From: Octopus sinensis
Taxonomy: Eukaryota
DNA: 64,000 nucleotides
Assembly (NCBI RefSeq): GCF_006345805.1
Contig: NC_043015.1
Coordinates: forward strand, 34,224,001-34,288,000
Direction: 5' to 3'
Shown here in pieces: positions 12,788 through 27,556 of this stretch. A program made the position numbers and the translations under genes. Numbering within the stretch: the stretch's first letter is position 1; each line of letters begins with the position of its first letter. The notes beneath the pieces are model-generated. The model saw nothing but the letters and a program-made list of their open reading frames with translations, did no database searches and was not told where the DNA came from.

Positions 12788-13846
12788 GCCGCCTTAGACA
12801 CGGAAAACGGAGCATTCCATCCCAAGAGTGACACTGATCAGTTGTACTTGGCCAGAAGAAAGAGCGGAAGAGATTTGATCCTTTGCCAGGATTGTGTTGA
12901 AACAGGGGAAACAGCTTAGGGTGGTATGTAAAAAATGTTGTGGAATTATTGCTGAAACACGTGAAGAAGGCCGACATCATCAAAATCGATGAAAAAGAGG
13001 AAAAGCACACGGAAAAAGAAATGGCATTGAAAGGGGAAAAATGTACGGTCGGTTTGCAAGAGATGCAAACGCCAGAGCAGTTACAGAAGACCAGTGGTAA
13101 TGGATCTGAAGGAGTGACCTGAAGATATAGACTGAAGCACTTGCATGAACAAGCGTTAAGGACGAACTATGTGAAATGCAGAATTGACAACACAGAGAGC
13201 GACAAATGCAGAATGTGTGGTGAGAGGGGTGAAACGGTATGGCACATTATTAGGGAATGTCCGAAATTGGCGCAACACGAATACGAAAGACGTCATATCA
13301 ATGTGGCAAGAATGATCCTTTGGGAGCTCTGTGGAAATTACAGCCTACAGAGGAAAAACGTGGAATGACCAAATCCCAGACGCAGTTACTGAGCATGAAG
13401 ATTGCGAAATCCCGTAGGATGCAATGATTTAGTGTGACTGTCAGATCAGACATCGGAAACCTGACATTGTTGTGAAGAATAGAACAGAAAAAAACTTGCA
13501 TGATAATCGACATAGCAAGTTCCGGTGAGAACAGGATCAAAGAGAAAGACAAAAAGGTGAACAGCCATGAGGATTTGAAGTGGGAAATCATAGGTTGTGG
13601 GTAATGGAAAGGGGGAAGGTGATACCAATTGTAATTGGCGAGCATGGAAGTATCAGCACTCAACTACCAAAATATCGCAAAAAGATAGAACACCTACAGA
13701 AATCTTGATTACTTGGAACTATAAGAGTTCTCTGCAGGTTTCTTGAAGCATGATCAGTAACACAAGTGTCACCTTAGTCTGCTGGCTGTGGACAGCTGAC
13801 ACTTTCCATCATACCCAGCAAAATTAGCTGAGAGTTTTCATTAAAT
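12788..13846 (+). mobile_element. R4/Dong-clade non-LTR retrotransposon, 5'-truncated and degenerate
   Basis: HPKSDTDQLYLARRKSGRDL (RT thumb), EQALRTNY, CCHC knuckle CRMCGERGETVWHIIREC, RLE motif RKPDIVV...IIDIA; short 3'UTR then long (AAT)n. Confidence 0.9.
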
Positions 13847-13847
13847 G

Positions 13848-13883
<36 letters not shown>

Positions 13884-13908
13884 TAATAATAATAACAACA
13901 ACAACAAC

Positions 13909-13943
<35 letters not shown>

Positions 13944-13960
13944 TGATGATGATGATGATG

Positions 13961-14003
<43 letters not shown>

Positions 14004-14105
14004 TAATAATAATAATAATTATAATAATAATAATAATAATAATGATAATAACAATAATAATAATAATGATGATGATGATGATGATGATATAATAATAATA
14101 ATATA

Positions 14106-14152
<47 letters not shown>

Positions 14153-14157
14153 TAATG

Positions 14158-14198
<41 letters not shown>

Positions 14199-14234
14199 TA
14201 ATAATAATAATAATAATGATGATAACAATAATAA

Positions 14235-14316
<82 letters not shown>

Positions 14317-14365
14317 AATAATAATAATAATAATAAATAATAATAATAATAATAATAATAATGAT
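13847..14365. repeat. (AAT)n/(GAT)n/(AAC)n array
   Basis: About 520 bp of trinucleotide repeats directly 3' of the Dong-type element. Confidence 0.97.
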
Positions 14366-15399
14366 AAATCGTGTTGATCTTTTTCTTTGTGAGCAGAGAT
14401 CCAATATATTTTAGGGAAGGTGGAAACGAGAAGTTTTGGTTTTCATTCATTTCCCAAAGACATTAACGGAGTGTTCTGAGACAACTTCTAATATTCAATC
14501 GAAATTGACCGGTGGTTTCGGTTGACGTAACGCACCACTTTGTTCATGGTACTGACCACGATATCGGCAAATAATGGCTAATGCAATATTTTCATAGTTT
14601 TTAAATAATTTTTTTTTCTGCAAGACAGGAGTCTCATTTGGTCTTATCTGCTGCAGATGATTCCTCGGTCTTTCCAGAAAGAGTCATGCATGATGTTAAA
14701 TCGATTGATCAATACAACTAAACTCGCCTGTAACAACAGCATCAGCAGCAGCATTTTATTTTATTTTATTTGTCTTTGTTTTTCTTTGCCGGCAGCTCTA
14801 CAATTTTGGTCGATATTGTTAACAACCACTTTTGCTTCTTCAAAAATATAAACGTTTAATTCCTTCTCTCGAAACTGTTTCTATATTAAGTCATTATAAA
14901 ACAGCAATGACGATAGAGATAAATAAACATAATAAATACATTCGTGAGAGTAATACACGCAAATACATAGACATCTGCAATGGACATAAATAAGATGCAC
15001 AGAAATATTAAGATTTGTAAGTAATTTGTGCAAATACATTGATGTATTTATATTACACGCAAATACATCAATGCATACAATATAAAGATATAGACACGTG
15101 TATAATACACATAAAATACATAGATTTATATAAGCAAATAATATTCATCTTACATACATTTACATCTCAAGTAGAAGCCGAAAATTGATGAAATTATTTA
15201 ACCAGTTTTCGAACCAATCAAATTGCGACTTAAAGTATGTTGCAGTTACGAGTCGGGGGAGTATCCGCTGCAATTGCCATATGGTCAATTATGCTACAAG
15301 TAACGTACAATAAATAGATTAATTGTTTTTTTTATATGCTCGTTGGTTCATGCAAAAGGAAGATGACGTCATTCATAAATATTGTTTTCTTGCGATTGA

Positions 15400-15840
15400 G
15401 AAACCCTCTTTTTGCCGATGTGGCAGGAGTTCCGACTTAGCTTCTGCTCGTTCTTCTGTCTCTGGCCTGCTCTGACAACATGGCACCTTATCTTATGAGA
15501 CTGCACCAAGTAACACTCTCAGTTACAAGACACTTTCATAAATGTGGATTAATGTTGAAGTCTTTTAAGGAGGCCTTGAGAGTTTCCCTTCAACTAATTA
15601 CTGTAGAAAGCAAACTTGCACAGCATAATTGAGAAGTTCAATATTTGGGACAATGGCTCTTCTTGCAATACCAAACAAATACCATAGTCGTCGTTTGCAA
15701 GCGAATAAGACAGGATAACATGCAGCATGCTTTTGTCAGTTGCTTTAGTGAGATGGCTATTAGTCGTGCGCAGATATAAAACCATCTCGGCTTTCCTACT
15801 CTCGACCCCGTGGAGCAGCCAGCTGGAGTTTGTAACCATT
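15400..15840 (-). mobile_element. RTE-type LINE 3' remnant
   Basis: Minus ETLKASLKDFNINPHL, like RTE C-terminal KDTLKASLKDFNI; many stops. Confidence 0.5.
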
Positions 15841-17464
15841 TTCAGATGAGTAAACTGAAAAGCATATAATCAAAATCCTTGCTGAAGGACACGCCACGAC
15901 AGTTTCGGCTTCAATAAACTAGCAACTACTCTATGCACCTGAGTCTTCACCTCTCCTCATCCCGTCATTCTGATACCCATTCAGATATGGAAGACGTTCA
16001 GGAGACCAAAGTAAATAATGAACTATCTTCTTCAGCTGTTCATGATGATATTGCTTATAAAAACATTGTTATATAGAAGAGACTTAATCACTGATGAAGT
16101 CATAACACAAAACTGAAGCTGCTCCAGCTGGACACGTTTTTCTGTCTGTGAAGATATTGTATATAAAGACAATGTGTTTGTACAAAGTGCTAGTCAAAAT
16201 CTATAGATGTATTCTATATTGCAAAATAGCATTCAAACTAAACACTGTTAAGAGAGCAGTCATCCATGTATGTTATATACTAAGATCACAATTGGTCAAG
16301 TGAGTTGGAAGGCAGACAACAAGCTGTGAAATAGGTAGTTGGTGTCATGGGTGGTACTTCAATGTTGAACAGGTTTAGAGCCTTTTTTCGGGAAGATAAA
16401 CTTTGTGTAATCTGCTTAAAACTACAGAAAGCTAAAGCTTAGGGATCTAAAGTGGATATATACGTGTTATGGCAACTCCTTAGTTCATTTGTTAAACTTA
16501 TTTGTGCCTTGATTATTAAAGTTCAAGATTCGTTAATTAGAATTTCATTTGATCTGCTTTTAATTAGAAGAATAGAACAGTTGTTTGTAGGCAAATGCTC
16601 GTCATTTAACACGTCTGAAAATACTTTCCATCAAGTGTGGTGATAAGTTTCATTTCCTATACTAAAACATTGCTAATCATTTCACTCCTCAAACTGTTCC
16701 AATGAGAATTCGAAAAGTGCAGAATCAGCAATAACTGCATCTTCATCTTCATCTTGCACAAAGGAAAGACACTCAAAATTTGGATCTGCTTGTACTAATA
16801 GCACAAAAGAATACTTTAGTAGGATTTATTACTAAAACGGTGTTACCATGAACTGCCACATTAGCAAAGTAGTGTAACAGCATTAGATTCCTTGAGTAAC
16901 TATGTCTAAATGTAGGAAAGATTATTGTTGTTTAGCCCAAGTCAAAGCTGGTCCAGTAGACCGATGACGAAGGAGGTTATAGCCATGACTACAAACCGGT
17001 GGCTTGTAGACCCGTCTCTCTCTCCCTCTTTCTGCCACATCCTCGATGTTCCACAGAGTCAAGGATGGAAAGTGCCTCTAAACCCTGCTACCCTTGACTC
17101 ACAACTGCTCACAACATGTGAAACAAAAGTGAAGCTATGGTACATGCTATCGGGTCATACTCACTTTGGAGTAACGACTGTGACACTCGGTTGTCTTTGA
17201 TACTTTCTCGAGTCATAAATTTTGATATACTCATTTGGTGAAACAGACGTTCCTACCCCAATATGGCCTCAGTCCAATAAATGAAACCAGTAAGAACTGA
17301 ATTGAATGAAGTCGGTGGCTTTGAAACAGCTGATAATGAAGATTAATCGATTTCATTTTACAGAAGTTGACTGTTATGACAGAAGATTACCCGAAACTAA
17401 AAGTAAATGAAGAGAAACGACATTCAGACAGAAAACAAGAGAGGAAAGAAGAGTGTCAGCGGCC

Positions 17465-17852
17465 AAATTAACTACAACAGAGGTTGCAGTGTTAACAGCA
17501 AATTCACTGCAATAGAAGCTGCTGTGTTAACTGTAAATTAACTGCAATAGCAGATGCAGTGTTAACCGCAAATCAATAGCAGTTGCAGTGTTAACAGTAA
17601 TTTAGCTGCAATGGAGGTTGCAGTGTGAACAGCAAATTAACTACAATAGCAGCTGCAGTGTTAACAAGAAATTAACTGCATTAGAGGTTGCAGTGTTAAC
17701 TGTTAATTAGTATCAGTAGCAGTTGCAGCATTAACAACAAATTCATTGCAGTAGAGGTTGCAGTGTTAATGGATAATTAACTGCAAAAGCAGTTGCAATG
17801 TTAATTGCAACTTAACTGCAAATGACGATGCAGTGCCAACGGCAAATTAACT
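17465..17852. repeat. 35-bp minisatellite, about 11 units
   Basis: Unit starts at 17480, 17515, 17550, 17579, 17614, 17649, 17684, 17719, 17754, 17789, 17824. Confidence 0.9.
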
Positions 17853-18521
17853 TCGATGAGGGCCAACATAATTCCCTGACGCGATTTCAATGTTTTGAAG
17901 AATATCAAAAGCGACATTTTCACGTGATGGAATGTTGATTCTAAACAGTTTGAAATACAGAAGTGACCGATACAGCGATATATGTAAACATTTGTGTATA
18001 TATATGTGTGTTTGTATGGTGTGTGTGAGAGTAAGCATGTGTGTGTGCACGTACGTGTATTCTTCGACTGTATAGGAGTCGTTACATTCTATAATCACTC
18101 ACTATGGATAATGATTGATTATTTTCTCAGAATTCTATAAATTTACATACGTCATGCTTCGTTAGTTAACCCGGATGTAGTTTGTAGTCAGGTCCTTTTA
18201 CACTGTCGATATCATAGGAGGTTCAAATGTTCCATAATTACTTCGGAAGTAGTATCCTGGAAGCAAATTTCAGTTTAGTAAAATCAAAGGATTTTGACAT
18301 GCCTAACGTTTAGCTCTGAAGTGGAACTCGTATCTGGAAGTCTTTCTAGCAGCAAAAGTTTCACATGCAATATTTGAAATCAATAATTTTTTGATATAAA
18401 ATAATTTACATCAATCAAAAAGTGTACTTGATACACATATATATGCATGCATACATACATACCTACACATATACACACACACACACGTACGCACACACAC
18501 ACACACACACGCGCACGCGCG

Positions 18522-18565
<44 letters not shown>

Positions 18566-19699
18566 AAAACACAAATTTCACGACTTGCGAAGAAAACTCA
18601 GCGATATCACTCAGCACGCTGACTCATGAAGGTTACTGCTAGTTCTCACTGCACACTTAAATGTTTGAGTTGAGTTTTATGAAAATTGCATCTTGACTCA
18701 GAGCTACTCATAAATATATAGACATGTAAAGCAGAGACTTTAATTCATCTCGAGAATTAAACGCTTCGTAAAACAATGCATGTACTGTATGGTTCCCTGT
18801 AAATCTCCAACGGTCTAGTAATTTTTCTAAATTACTATGTAATTAAAATAGCTACGGCTACTATTCATTTATACCCGCTTCATAGCAAACTCATGAAGCG
18901 AGTATAAATGATCGAATCGTATTTTGATTGCGTAAACCTCATCTAACGGGATAAATTTCATCTAACGGTTATTTTGTCCCGTCGTGTATAAGATGTAAAA
19001 GAAAAAAACGAAATCTCTATTGTGAACAATCGTTTTGCTACAATTAATTAAATGTTTCTATTCTCAGCTAAAATCAATAACAACTTTACATTATTTCTGA
19101 CATTTGTTAAATATAGAGACATATATGAAACATGTCTATTATGCCTTACAGATAGCAATTAAATGATCAGAGTTTCACACTTCGTATCTTGTTCTCTATT
19201 TTGTTGCAATGCCACCGGCAGGACAACATTTAGAGTAAGATATGTTAGATCGACGAAATTCTTCAAGATTAACTATCAAACGTAAACGATAGTACCATTA
19301 AACCAATTACACTAACATCACGAACAGGTTGATTCAGCTCTCCGAAACTAGCAGCCCTCCTTCCCGGATTAGTCGCTGGTCCATTTCATAAGACTCAACC
19401 CAGACATTTGAGTTAACTATAGACTGATCAAGTAAGTAAGGTATGTTGACTTGATCAAAGATAAACTATCACACTTGCCCTCGGAAGAACGAACAGTTCG
19501 AAATATATTCCATTCAGCCGCTTCTTGCATTGAAACTTGAATTTGTAAATTTATTAATAAAATTTAGAAATTCAAACACAGATAGAACTGTGATGTTTGT
19601 ATGAGTTGATGGTGACTGTGAAAACGATTGCAGAACCGCCAGCGGAGATAGGCTTCCAATATTTGGCTTATTTGCTACATTCAAACGATGAACAAAGAA

Positions 19700-19702
<3 letters not shown>

Positions 19703-19754
<52 letters not shown>

Positions 19755-19916
19755 CGTGCGTGTGCGCGCGCGTGTGTGTGTGTGTATGTGCGTGTGCGTG
19801 TGTGTGTGTGTGCGTGTGTGTGTGTGTGTGTGTGCGTGTGTGTGTGCGTGTGTGTGTGTGTGCGTGTGTGTGTGTGTGCGTGTGTTTGTGTGTGCGTGTG
19901 TGTGTGTGTGTGTGTG
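19703..19916. repeat. (TG)n/(CG)n microsatellite
   Basis: Direct reading. Confidence 0.95.
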
Positions 19917-20375
19917 GTTGTATGAAGCGTGGAGGTATTTAACCAAACAAAAACCTTTTCATGATATTAATATCTGTATAGTTAAAACGAACTGAACCTT
20001 GTAGAAGCCAAGTTATTTCCTGCTGTCGCACAATAATACATTTCCATTTCAATTCTACCTTTGTTCCTGTAAACTGACAATCTTAAATTGAACTGAAAGA
20101 CCTGACTTGTACCAAACATGACTTTGTAAATATTCATCCATGTCTTGAAGCCATAATCGTAGGAAAACATTTTCCAATAACTGTTTCTATAATTCACAGA
20201 AAATTACAGAAAATGATTTTCAAATAGTTATAATTATAGTGTAACAACAATATTTCCTCATTTGAATATTTTTATTGAATATTTTGGTAATTTGGGGCGA
20301 TATTGAAAGATAGCCGGCATTATCGTGATGAATATAACTAAGTATTATATTATTGATGTTGCTATTTACCAAACA

Positions 20376-20797
20376 AGGAGGCGTGCAGCTAGAATTGTTA
20401 GGAAAGCCATGCAAAATGTTGAACCGCATTTCGTCCGTCTTTACATTCAAATTCTGCCCAGATTGACTTTCGAAGTTGATAAAATCAGTACCAGTTGAAC
20501 ACTGACGTCGATAGAATTTATCCCCTGCTCCGAATTTGCGAGCCTCGTGCCAAAATTTAAAATCGATTCTTACCAAACAAGGTGGTGAGTTGGCTGAGTC
20601 GTTAGGACGCCGAACAAAATGATTAGCGGCGTCTCGTCCGTCTTTACATTCTGAGTTCATATTCCGATGAGGTCGATTTTGCCTTTCATGCCTTTCTAGG
20701 TCGATAAAATAAGTGCCAGTCAAAGACTGGAGTCGATGCAATCGACTAGCCTCTTGCCCACAAAATTCCAGGCTTTGTGCCGGGAGCAGAAACGATC
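20376..20797 (+). mobile_element. Two adjacent degenerate family B SINEs
   Basis: Heads at about 20376 and 20579, both preceded by TTACCAAACAAGG; both contain TCGTCCGTCTTTACATTC. Confidence 0.75.
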
Positions 20798-22448
20798 TTT
20801 ACTAGACAAAAGAGAACCGTGATAAAATCAATAACAAAAAGCGAGATTATCCAACCAATGTTATTGTCACAAGTTATGAGGATTCGAACTCGGTACTTAG
20901 TGTTTTGACCAGGAGACGCAGAGTTTTATTGCAAGACAAAACAACTGTCGCTGGAAGAGTTTTCGGGTTTGATGCATACAGATAGATAAATTGACAGATC
21001 AATGGATAGATATATAAACACATAGATAAATAGATAATATGTGTAAAGAGACACATAGATAGATATATAGAAAATAGATAAATAGATAGAAAAGCATGTA
21101 TGTTATTGTTGTTACTGTTGTTGTCAGTGCCAGGCCAACCCTAAATGAGTGGAACTATGATCAAAGACGTTTCAGCATTGACCAACCAATCTTTTGGGGG
21201 TAAGATAGCATCGTCTAATATAGTCCTTCTTTATTTAAGAAAGAATAGTGTGATTCGAGGATGATTTCGTTGTCATTTTTAGTTGGCGAGTGATCACGTA
21301 AAGTTCCTCGGTTGGCTTGTGATAATATGTAAAGCTGCATATGAAATAGACATGACTCAACAAAGCTACCAACTCTTATGTCCAAATTCACTGCAACCGG
21401 ATAGTGCAATTCTATGCCCTATACATTCAGCTGTTTGGCTTAATTTTCCTGGTACCCAATGGAAGACTAAGAAATAAGATTACAAAACCACGCCTAAAGA
21501 TTCGCACAGTTTCTATACTAAAACAATTTTGTACAACAATAGTTACAAGATCGACAACTGTATCAATTATGAATACAAAGATCTGAATATTTCTTGTTCG
21601 TGATATTAAACCAGTTGAGTACACACACACACACTCACACACACTCACACACGATACACTCATACATGCAAGCATACATATATACGTACACACATACATA
21701 CATACATTCATAGATGTACACGTACACACACAGTCGTGAAGAAATAAGCGTGAAATAATTTCATACCAAGCAGCTCTGTGGTTCGAATATAAATATAAAT
21801 CGATATAGATTTAGCTTCACACATTGAGATCAATAAATTAATTGATTGTGATTGGATTACTGTAAGATTCACTGCTAACACTTAATCGAATGTTTAATTA
21901 GGGGAGATCATATAAGAGTTTGATCAGTTAAAGGACTAAATTTAACGTCTTGGATGTCTGCTCTTTGTCCGAGAGTGAAGGGAGGAGAGAGAGGGGGAGA
22001 TGGAGAGAGTGAAGAGACGAGGAAAGTGTTGCTGTGGGCAAGTGAAGGGTGGCGTAGGAAGTGAGGAGGTGTGAAAAGCTGGTGTGAAAGAGTTAAGAAT
22101 TGAAAGAGAGATATACACGAAGAGGAGAAAGATACTTCAAGCAAAACGGAAAAGAAGATTTCAAGTTGGGAAAAGAAGGAGAAAACTGTGAGTAGAAAGA
22201 GGAGGAGGCAAAAAGCAATGACATCTAGAAAAGTATTGAAGTAGATGGCATCCACAGAACTACGGTGAGAAACGGTAAGTAGAAGCAGCAGAGAAACAAA
22301 GAATGACGATATCCAGGAAATTTAAGGGCACCAAATAGAATCAATATTTGAGTAATCTATGACTGTATGTTGATGAAGGGAACTGATTTAAGAAGGAACT
22401 TTTCAAAGACACGATTGTTTGGGAGATTCCTAGTAATTTATCGAACAT

Positions 22449-22830
22449 ATCAGGTCATCCCATAAGTTCTGTCCAATTTTACCTTTTTTTAAAAATTGAT
22501 TTAGTTTAGGGATAAGGATGCTAATACCCACCTGTTATGTGTTTGCTTTAGAATAAAATATGAGGCGAGTATGGAGGAGCGCATTATTAATTTTTGAATG
22601 ACTTGGAAACAAAGCAGAGATTACGCGATCAGCTTCTTTAACTTACAGCCGTTTCTGCTATAAGAAACAATGCTCTGAAAGTTGATTGTTGCGAAATAAA
22701 CATGCACTTCATTTTATTGGCTCCGAGAAGACTATAAGATGTTGCACAAGCATACGGAAGGAATGCGATGCTTCATATTTTAGAAACAGCTGTAAGCTAA
22801 TGAAGTCGATTACATAATTCCTGGTCTCTT
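22449..22830. mobile_element. Possible mariner-like non-autonomous remnant
   Basis: TATCAGGTCATCCCATAAGTTCTGTCC resembles a mariner TIR; partner TIR not found. Confidence 0.3.
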
Positions 22831-24002
22831 GTCGTTCAATAATTAATATTACGCTAATAGCTATATATAGCTGATGTCAGTGGGAAGATCGGGAGGTATG
22901 CTATTCTTTGAAAGGATCGAACAAGATTTGAAAACGGTCGGGTAGTTCCATTTTTCTTCCCACGGAGAATAAAAAAAATATATATTTACATTTGTCGCGA
23001 TTCGGCTATGGCACCGGTGTGATTCGACAAACAGATTTACTCTTCTCCACAGCACAACTTTAACAAAATTTGAAGATGAGTGTGTGTGTGTGCGTGTGTG
23101 TTTGTGTGTGCGTGTGTATGAGTGTGTGTGTGTGTGTTTATGTAACACGTTTAATCATGTAACTTATTCAATGAATTGAACCACTTATCCATTGAGTAAG
23201 TGGCTGAGTACTTTTAAGAAAGGAATGAATATTCCAGATACTTATTTCTCTGATGCAAGATATTTGGGATCGCTTACTTTCATAGAAGTATAGACAAAAT
23301 CGTTCACTTACGGTAAATGGTCACAGGGTAATAAGCAACTTACCAAAAGATTCTACTTCAAAAAATTACAAAAAGTACAAAATGTCTACACTCAGCTGAC
23401 AAAGTTTCAAATAGTAGTGAAACTTTTCTAAAACTGTTTTTTTATTTTTTTTATTTTTAAAAGAAATATTTGTCGTCAAGTTTTATAGTATTTCATTAAC
23501 TATGTGTCTGAATTTTTAAGATTTGAATAATTAAACACTTTCCTAACTGTCTAATTAGCATTTTGATAGCCTTCCAGGCAAATTTAATTTTTCAGTAGCC
23601 ATCATATTTATCAATATATAAATACAATGCCTTTTGGTTGTTTAATGATTTGACTGGAAATGTTTGGAAAGCTACACGGCTGCAATTTACTGATAAATCA
23701 TTGGCAGGCAAAACGTTCGCAGATTTGGGGGTTTTTCTGTGCTTTTTGTTATTAAAATACTATCAACCATCTAATAATATTTTTGTACTTTTAACCCCCG
23801 TCTTTTATTTTTTTTATATTCTTATCGTTAAATGTATTTTCGCCCATATATTTTCCATTTGACTCTCTTCTGCAACACAAACTTCTTAATAACGAGACTA
23901 CACTTAAAAGATGTAACTTTATTGGTAAAGAGAGTTGGCTATTTCGCTCAAACCACAATATCATTTATTTTTTATTTCCAAGCATAATTTCGTGATATCT
24001 GT

Positions 24003-24146
24003 CATGCTACCATCTTCATGCTACCATCTTCATGCTACCATCTTCATGCTACCATCTTCATGCTCCCATCTTCATGCTCCCATCTTCATGCTCCCATCTT
24101 CATGCTACCATCTTCATCCTCCCATCTTCATGCTCCCATCTTCATC
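24003..24146. repeat. 14-bp tandem repeat CATGCT(A/C)CCATCTT, about 10 units
   Basis: Direct reading. Confidence 0.95.
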
Positions 24147-26552
24147 TTCCTTAACTTTCCCATTCTATCGCTTACGGCGAACGAATATTTTCTTTCTTTC
24201 TAAATTCTTCATTTTTTTCACCCCAGCACTTTGCGAAAGCAAACTATCGTTAGGGTTTTTTTTTTTTTTCTCTTCATTTTTCCTCGAATTTTTTCCTTCC
24301 ATTGTCTCGTATTTTCCTGTTGCTTCTGGTCCTCATTAGTGCCACTTTTTTCCTTTCCTTCCTCATCTTCACACCCTTAATAGCAGACTCAGAGACAACA
24401 GAAGCTGCATCCCCTCAACCTCACTACCATCGCAAACAATATCATCAATTCAACGTACATTTCGTTCTTTAGAATGAAAGAAAAACTTAAACATTTCCTT
24501 TCCGATCAATCTAATGCATTGAATTATTAAGTGATGCTATGTCATCACGTATGTGTTAAGTGTGTTTGCGTATATGTGTGTAAATGCTTGTATATCTGTG
24601 TGTGTGTATATGTGCCAACATGTTTTTAAATATATATCAGTATGGACATTTGGTACGTGTATTCGCGTGCGTGCGTGCGTGTGCATATATACATGTACAT
24701 TTACATACATATAGTAAACACTAAAATGCACAGAGTGAAATATATTAAATGATACAGTGATATTCCTTCGTGACACAAAGTTCCAAGTCCAAATACGCTG
24801 GACAATAATTTGCCGATAAAAAATGCAAAATATTTAAAGTAGTATAAATTCTTTACATGTATTGCTGCGGTGGCGTTATATCTCTTGGCTTAATTAGATA
24901 TAAAGACTATAGGGACTTTAAAATATACTGCTATATGATATAGAATATAAAAACGTGAGGTGAAATCATAAAACTAGTGGAGTCTTAATGTCAGTACAGA
25001 CAGCTTTTGAATACTGTTTGATATCGCATAGACAACACCTACTAAACATTAGTGGCTGAAATAATTGCATCTACCAAGTGCTGAAAAGGAAGTAAACAAC
25101 AACTCGCAGGTTGACAGTGAACTCTTCGGGAAACTCTCACTCCCGAACACTCATCCATTACGAACCTAGAAGTGCAGGGTTCGCATATCTCAGCAAAGAC
25201 CCGAAGAAATATATTTTACACGAGAAGGTTATCAGTGTGTAATAAGCTGCTGCCCAAAGATGGCATGGAAGTATTGCGTCCTATTGTGACGTGATGTTCA
25301 TGCTTCAACAATATACAATGCCATTCGTAGAGGAGACACTGCCTTGGGTAAATATAAGCAATATTCTGTTGTGGAATACATACATATCAGTACATATCAG
25401 TACAAGAAATATTGGTAGTACAATCCCATCAAGTCTTCTACCAACTGCAAACGCTACAGACCTGACATACTTCTTTAGAAGACGCAACAAAAGTCATGTC
25501 CACTCACAGAGGTTAGTCGCCCTAGAGGTGTGAACATCTCTTCCAAAAACAGCGAGGACAACTGTTTCGAAACCTGTAGCTTTTCTATCCTGGTTATAAA
25601 TTTGTATTCCTACTAATAACCATTAGCGCACTTCAACTATGTTAGCAAATGCCTAAGCCATAAACTGGAGAAACTGGGATTTTCAAGCAAAAAGAGAGAC
25701 AAGCTAACACGAACTTTACTGATACAATCGGTAGAAGAGTAGAAATATGCAAAACTTCCTTAAGTTCGATATGTAACAATGATCGTTGTTGTTAATCCTA
25801 GATTCCTGTGACAGCGCTTTTGTTTCTTTGTCAGAAACCAGCTCGCTTCTCCAACAAAGAATGCTAATAAATAAGAAGAAGGCAAAGATATATATACAGA
25901 GGCAGACACACTTCTGACATTACACTTCACTTTATGTATTTCTGTGTGTATGTGTGAATCTGAGTGTGTGTACATGTTTGTGTATATATTTGTGCTTGTC
26001 GTATTTACTTATGTAGAGAAAAGTGAACTGTAATGTTAGAATTATTCAGAAACTATTTACAGTAAAAAAAAAATCTCAGGAAACAATTGCTGATATATCA
26101 GAATAGGGTTGAATGAGTTGGTTTAGTTTTATAATTAGAGATCAAAAATTGGAGAGTCAGTGAAGCAGCTACAGATTTTTCTAAATCACCAGAGATTTAC
26201 AAAGATCTATGGCTTCAAACATTGGTTTCTAAATTGGCCACAATGTCACATGAATATTATACATGGCGATATTCACACCAGTGAATCATCGACATATATT
26301 TTTGTTGACCCAAAATTGAAGTTAATTTGGGCGAGATTTGAACTCAAAACGTCAACTATACTGTAGAGGCAGTTAATTAGTACAGTGGATAGAATGCCTT
26401 GTATTAGTTTCGACTATTAGTACTTTAAGTACGGAATTAGTTGACGTTTATTTTGTATTCCATTCTTTTGGAGTAAATAAAAAAATGTACCCATTCAAGT
26501 ACGGCATGCGATTATTCACCCTCAGTTCTCTCTCTCTTTCTTTCTCACACTC

Positions 26553-26590
<38 letters not shown>

Positions 26591-27073
26591 TTTCCATTTC
26601 CCGTTTTCAGTTTGGATTAATGCCGACAATGTGGTGTCTTGTGACAGAAAACCGTCTTTGTATTGTAAGATAACAGAAAACCATTTTTGTATTGTAAGAT
26701 AATAACAGAGGAACCATATACTGTAGTTCGTTGAATAAAGGTGCAATCTTTCCTTTCCTGCACGTTCTTGTAACCATACTGTTCTTCATGTAGTCAATAT
26801 TCCCTGATAAAAATGCTTATAGCCGACATAAGCACGATTTCATAGAACAGACAAAAACAGCGACAGTCTCCGGCCTTACTCCTGTCATGGCAATCTACAA
26901 CGTATTATAATTAATTGTGTTACTACTATCACGACAATATGATATATTTTACTGATTATGATAATTCAGCATCTATGTTTTGTAATATGTTATTGCTGTA
27001 ACGATCGTTCAAACTACATTGTAATACGTTATATAACTCATGACCACATATAAAATAGTCTTAATATATATAT

Positions 27074-27232
27074 TAAGACGACAAGCTGGCAGAATTGTTA
27101 ACACGCTGGGATAAACACTTAGCGGCATTTCGTCCATCTTACGTACTGAATTCAAATTCCGCCTAGGGGTCGATAACGTAAGAACTAGCTGCGTGCTAAA
27201 ATTGGTGAGCTTGTGCCAAAACTTGAAACCAA
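27074..27232 (+). mobile_element. Internally deleted family B SINE
   Basis: AAGACGACAAGCTGGCAGAATTGTTA...TTAGCGGCATTTCGTCC...TTCAAATTCCGCC. Confidence 0.7.
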
Positions 27233-27556
27233 TATATTATAATGTATGACAATTCGTGTGTTACAACTACGATGACCGCATTATGTATGATCTAATATTA
27301 TTGAATTCCACACCTACATCTTTTAGCTTTGTGAAGATTTGATCTGCGCTTAAATATTGATTTCTTACATTTAAGTACAACACCTCACTCTGTCTACATT
27401 TCTCTACTAGTGTAGACATAAATGCATGGGTATGTATGTATCATACACACACACACACACACACGTATAATATATTAAATGTTATATATATATATAATAT
27501 ATATATATAATATATATATATATTATATATATATATAGAATTTTTGCGTAATAAGA

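Noticed and set aside
14610-14720. Acceptor plus RQESHLVLSAADDSSVFPERVMHDVKSIDQYN* as a terminal exon
   Set aside because: No recognisable protein motif; length expected by chance
16091-16120. CTGATGA followed by AAAAC
   Set aside because: No GAAA and no stem II complementarity
17465-17852. CRISPR-like array
   Set aside because: Contiguous tandem units with no unique spacers, in eukaryotic context; the same applies to 42582-42920
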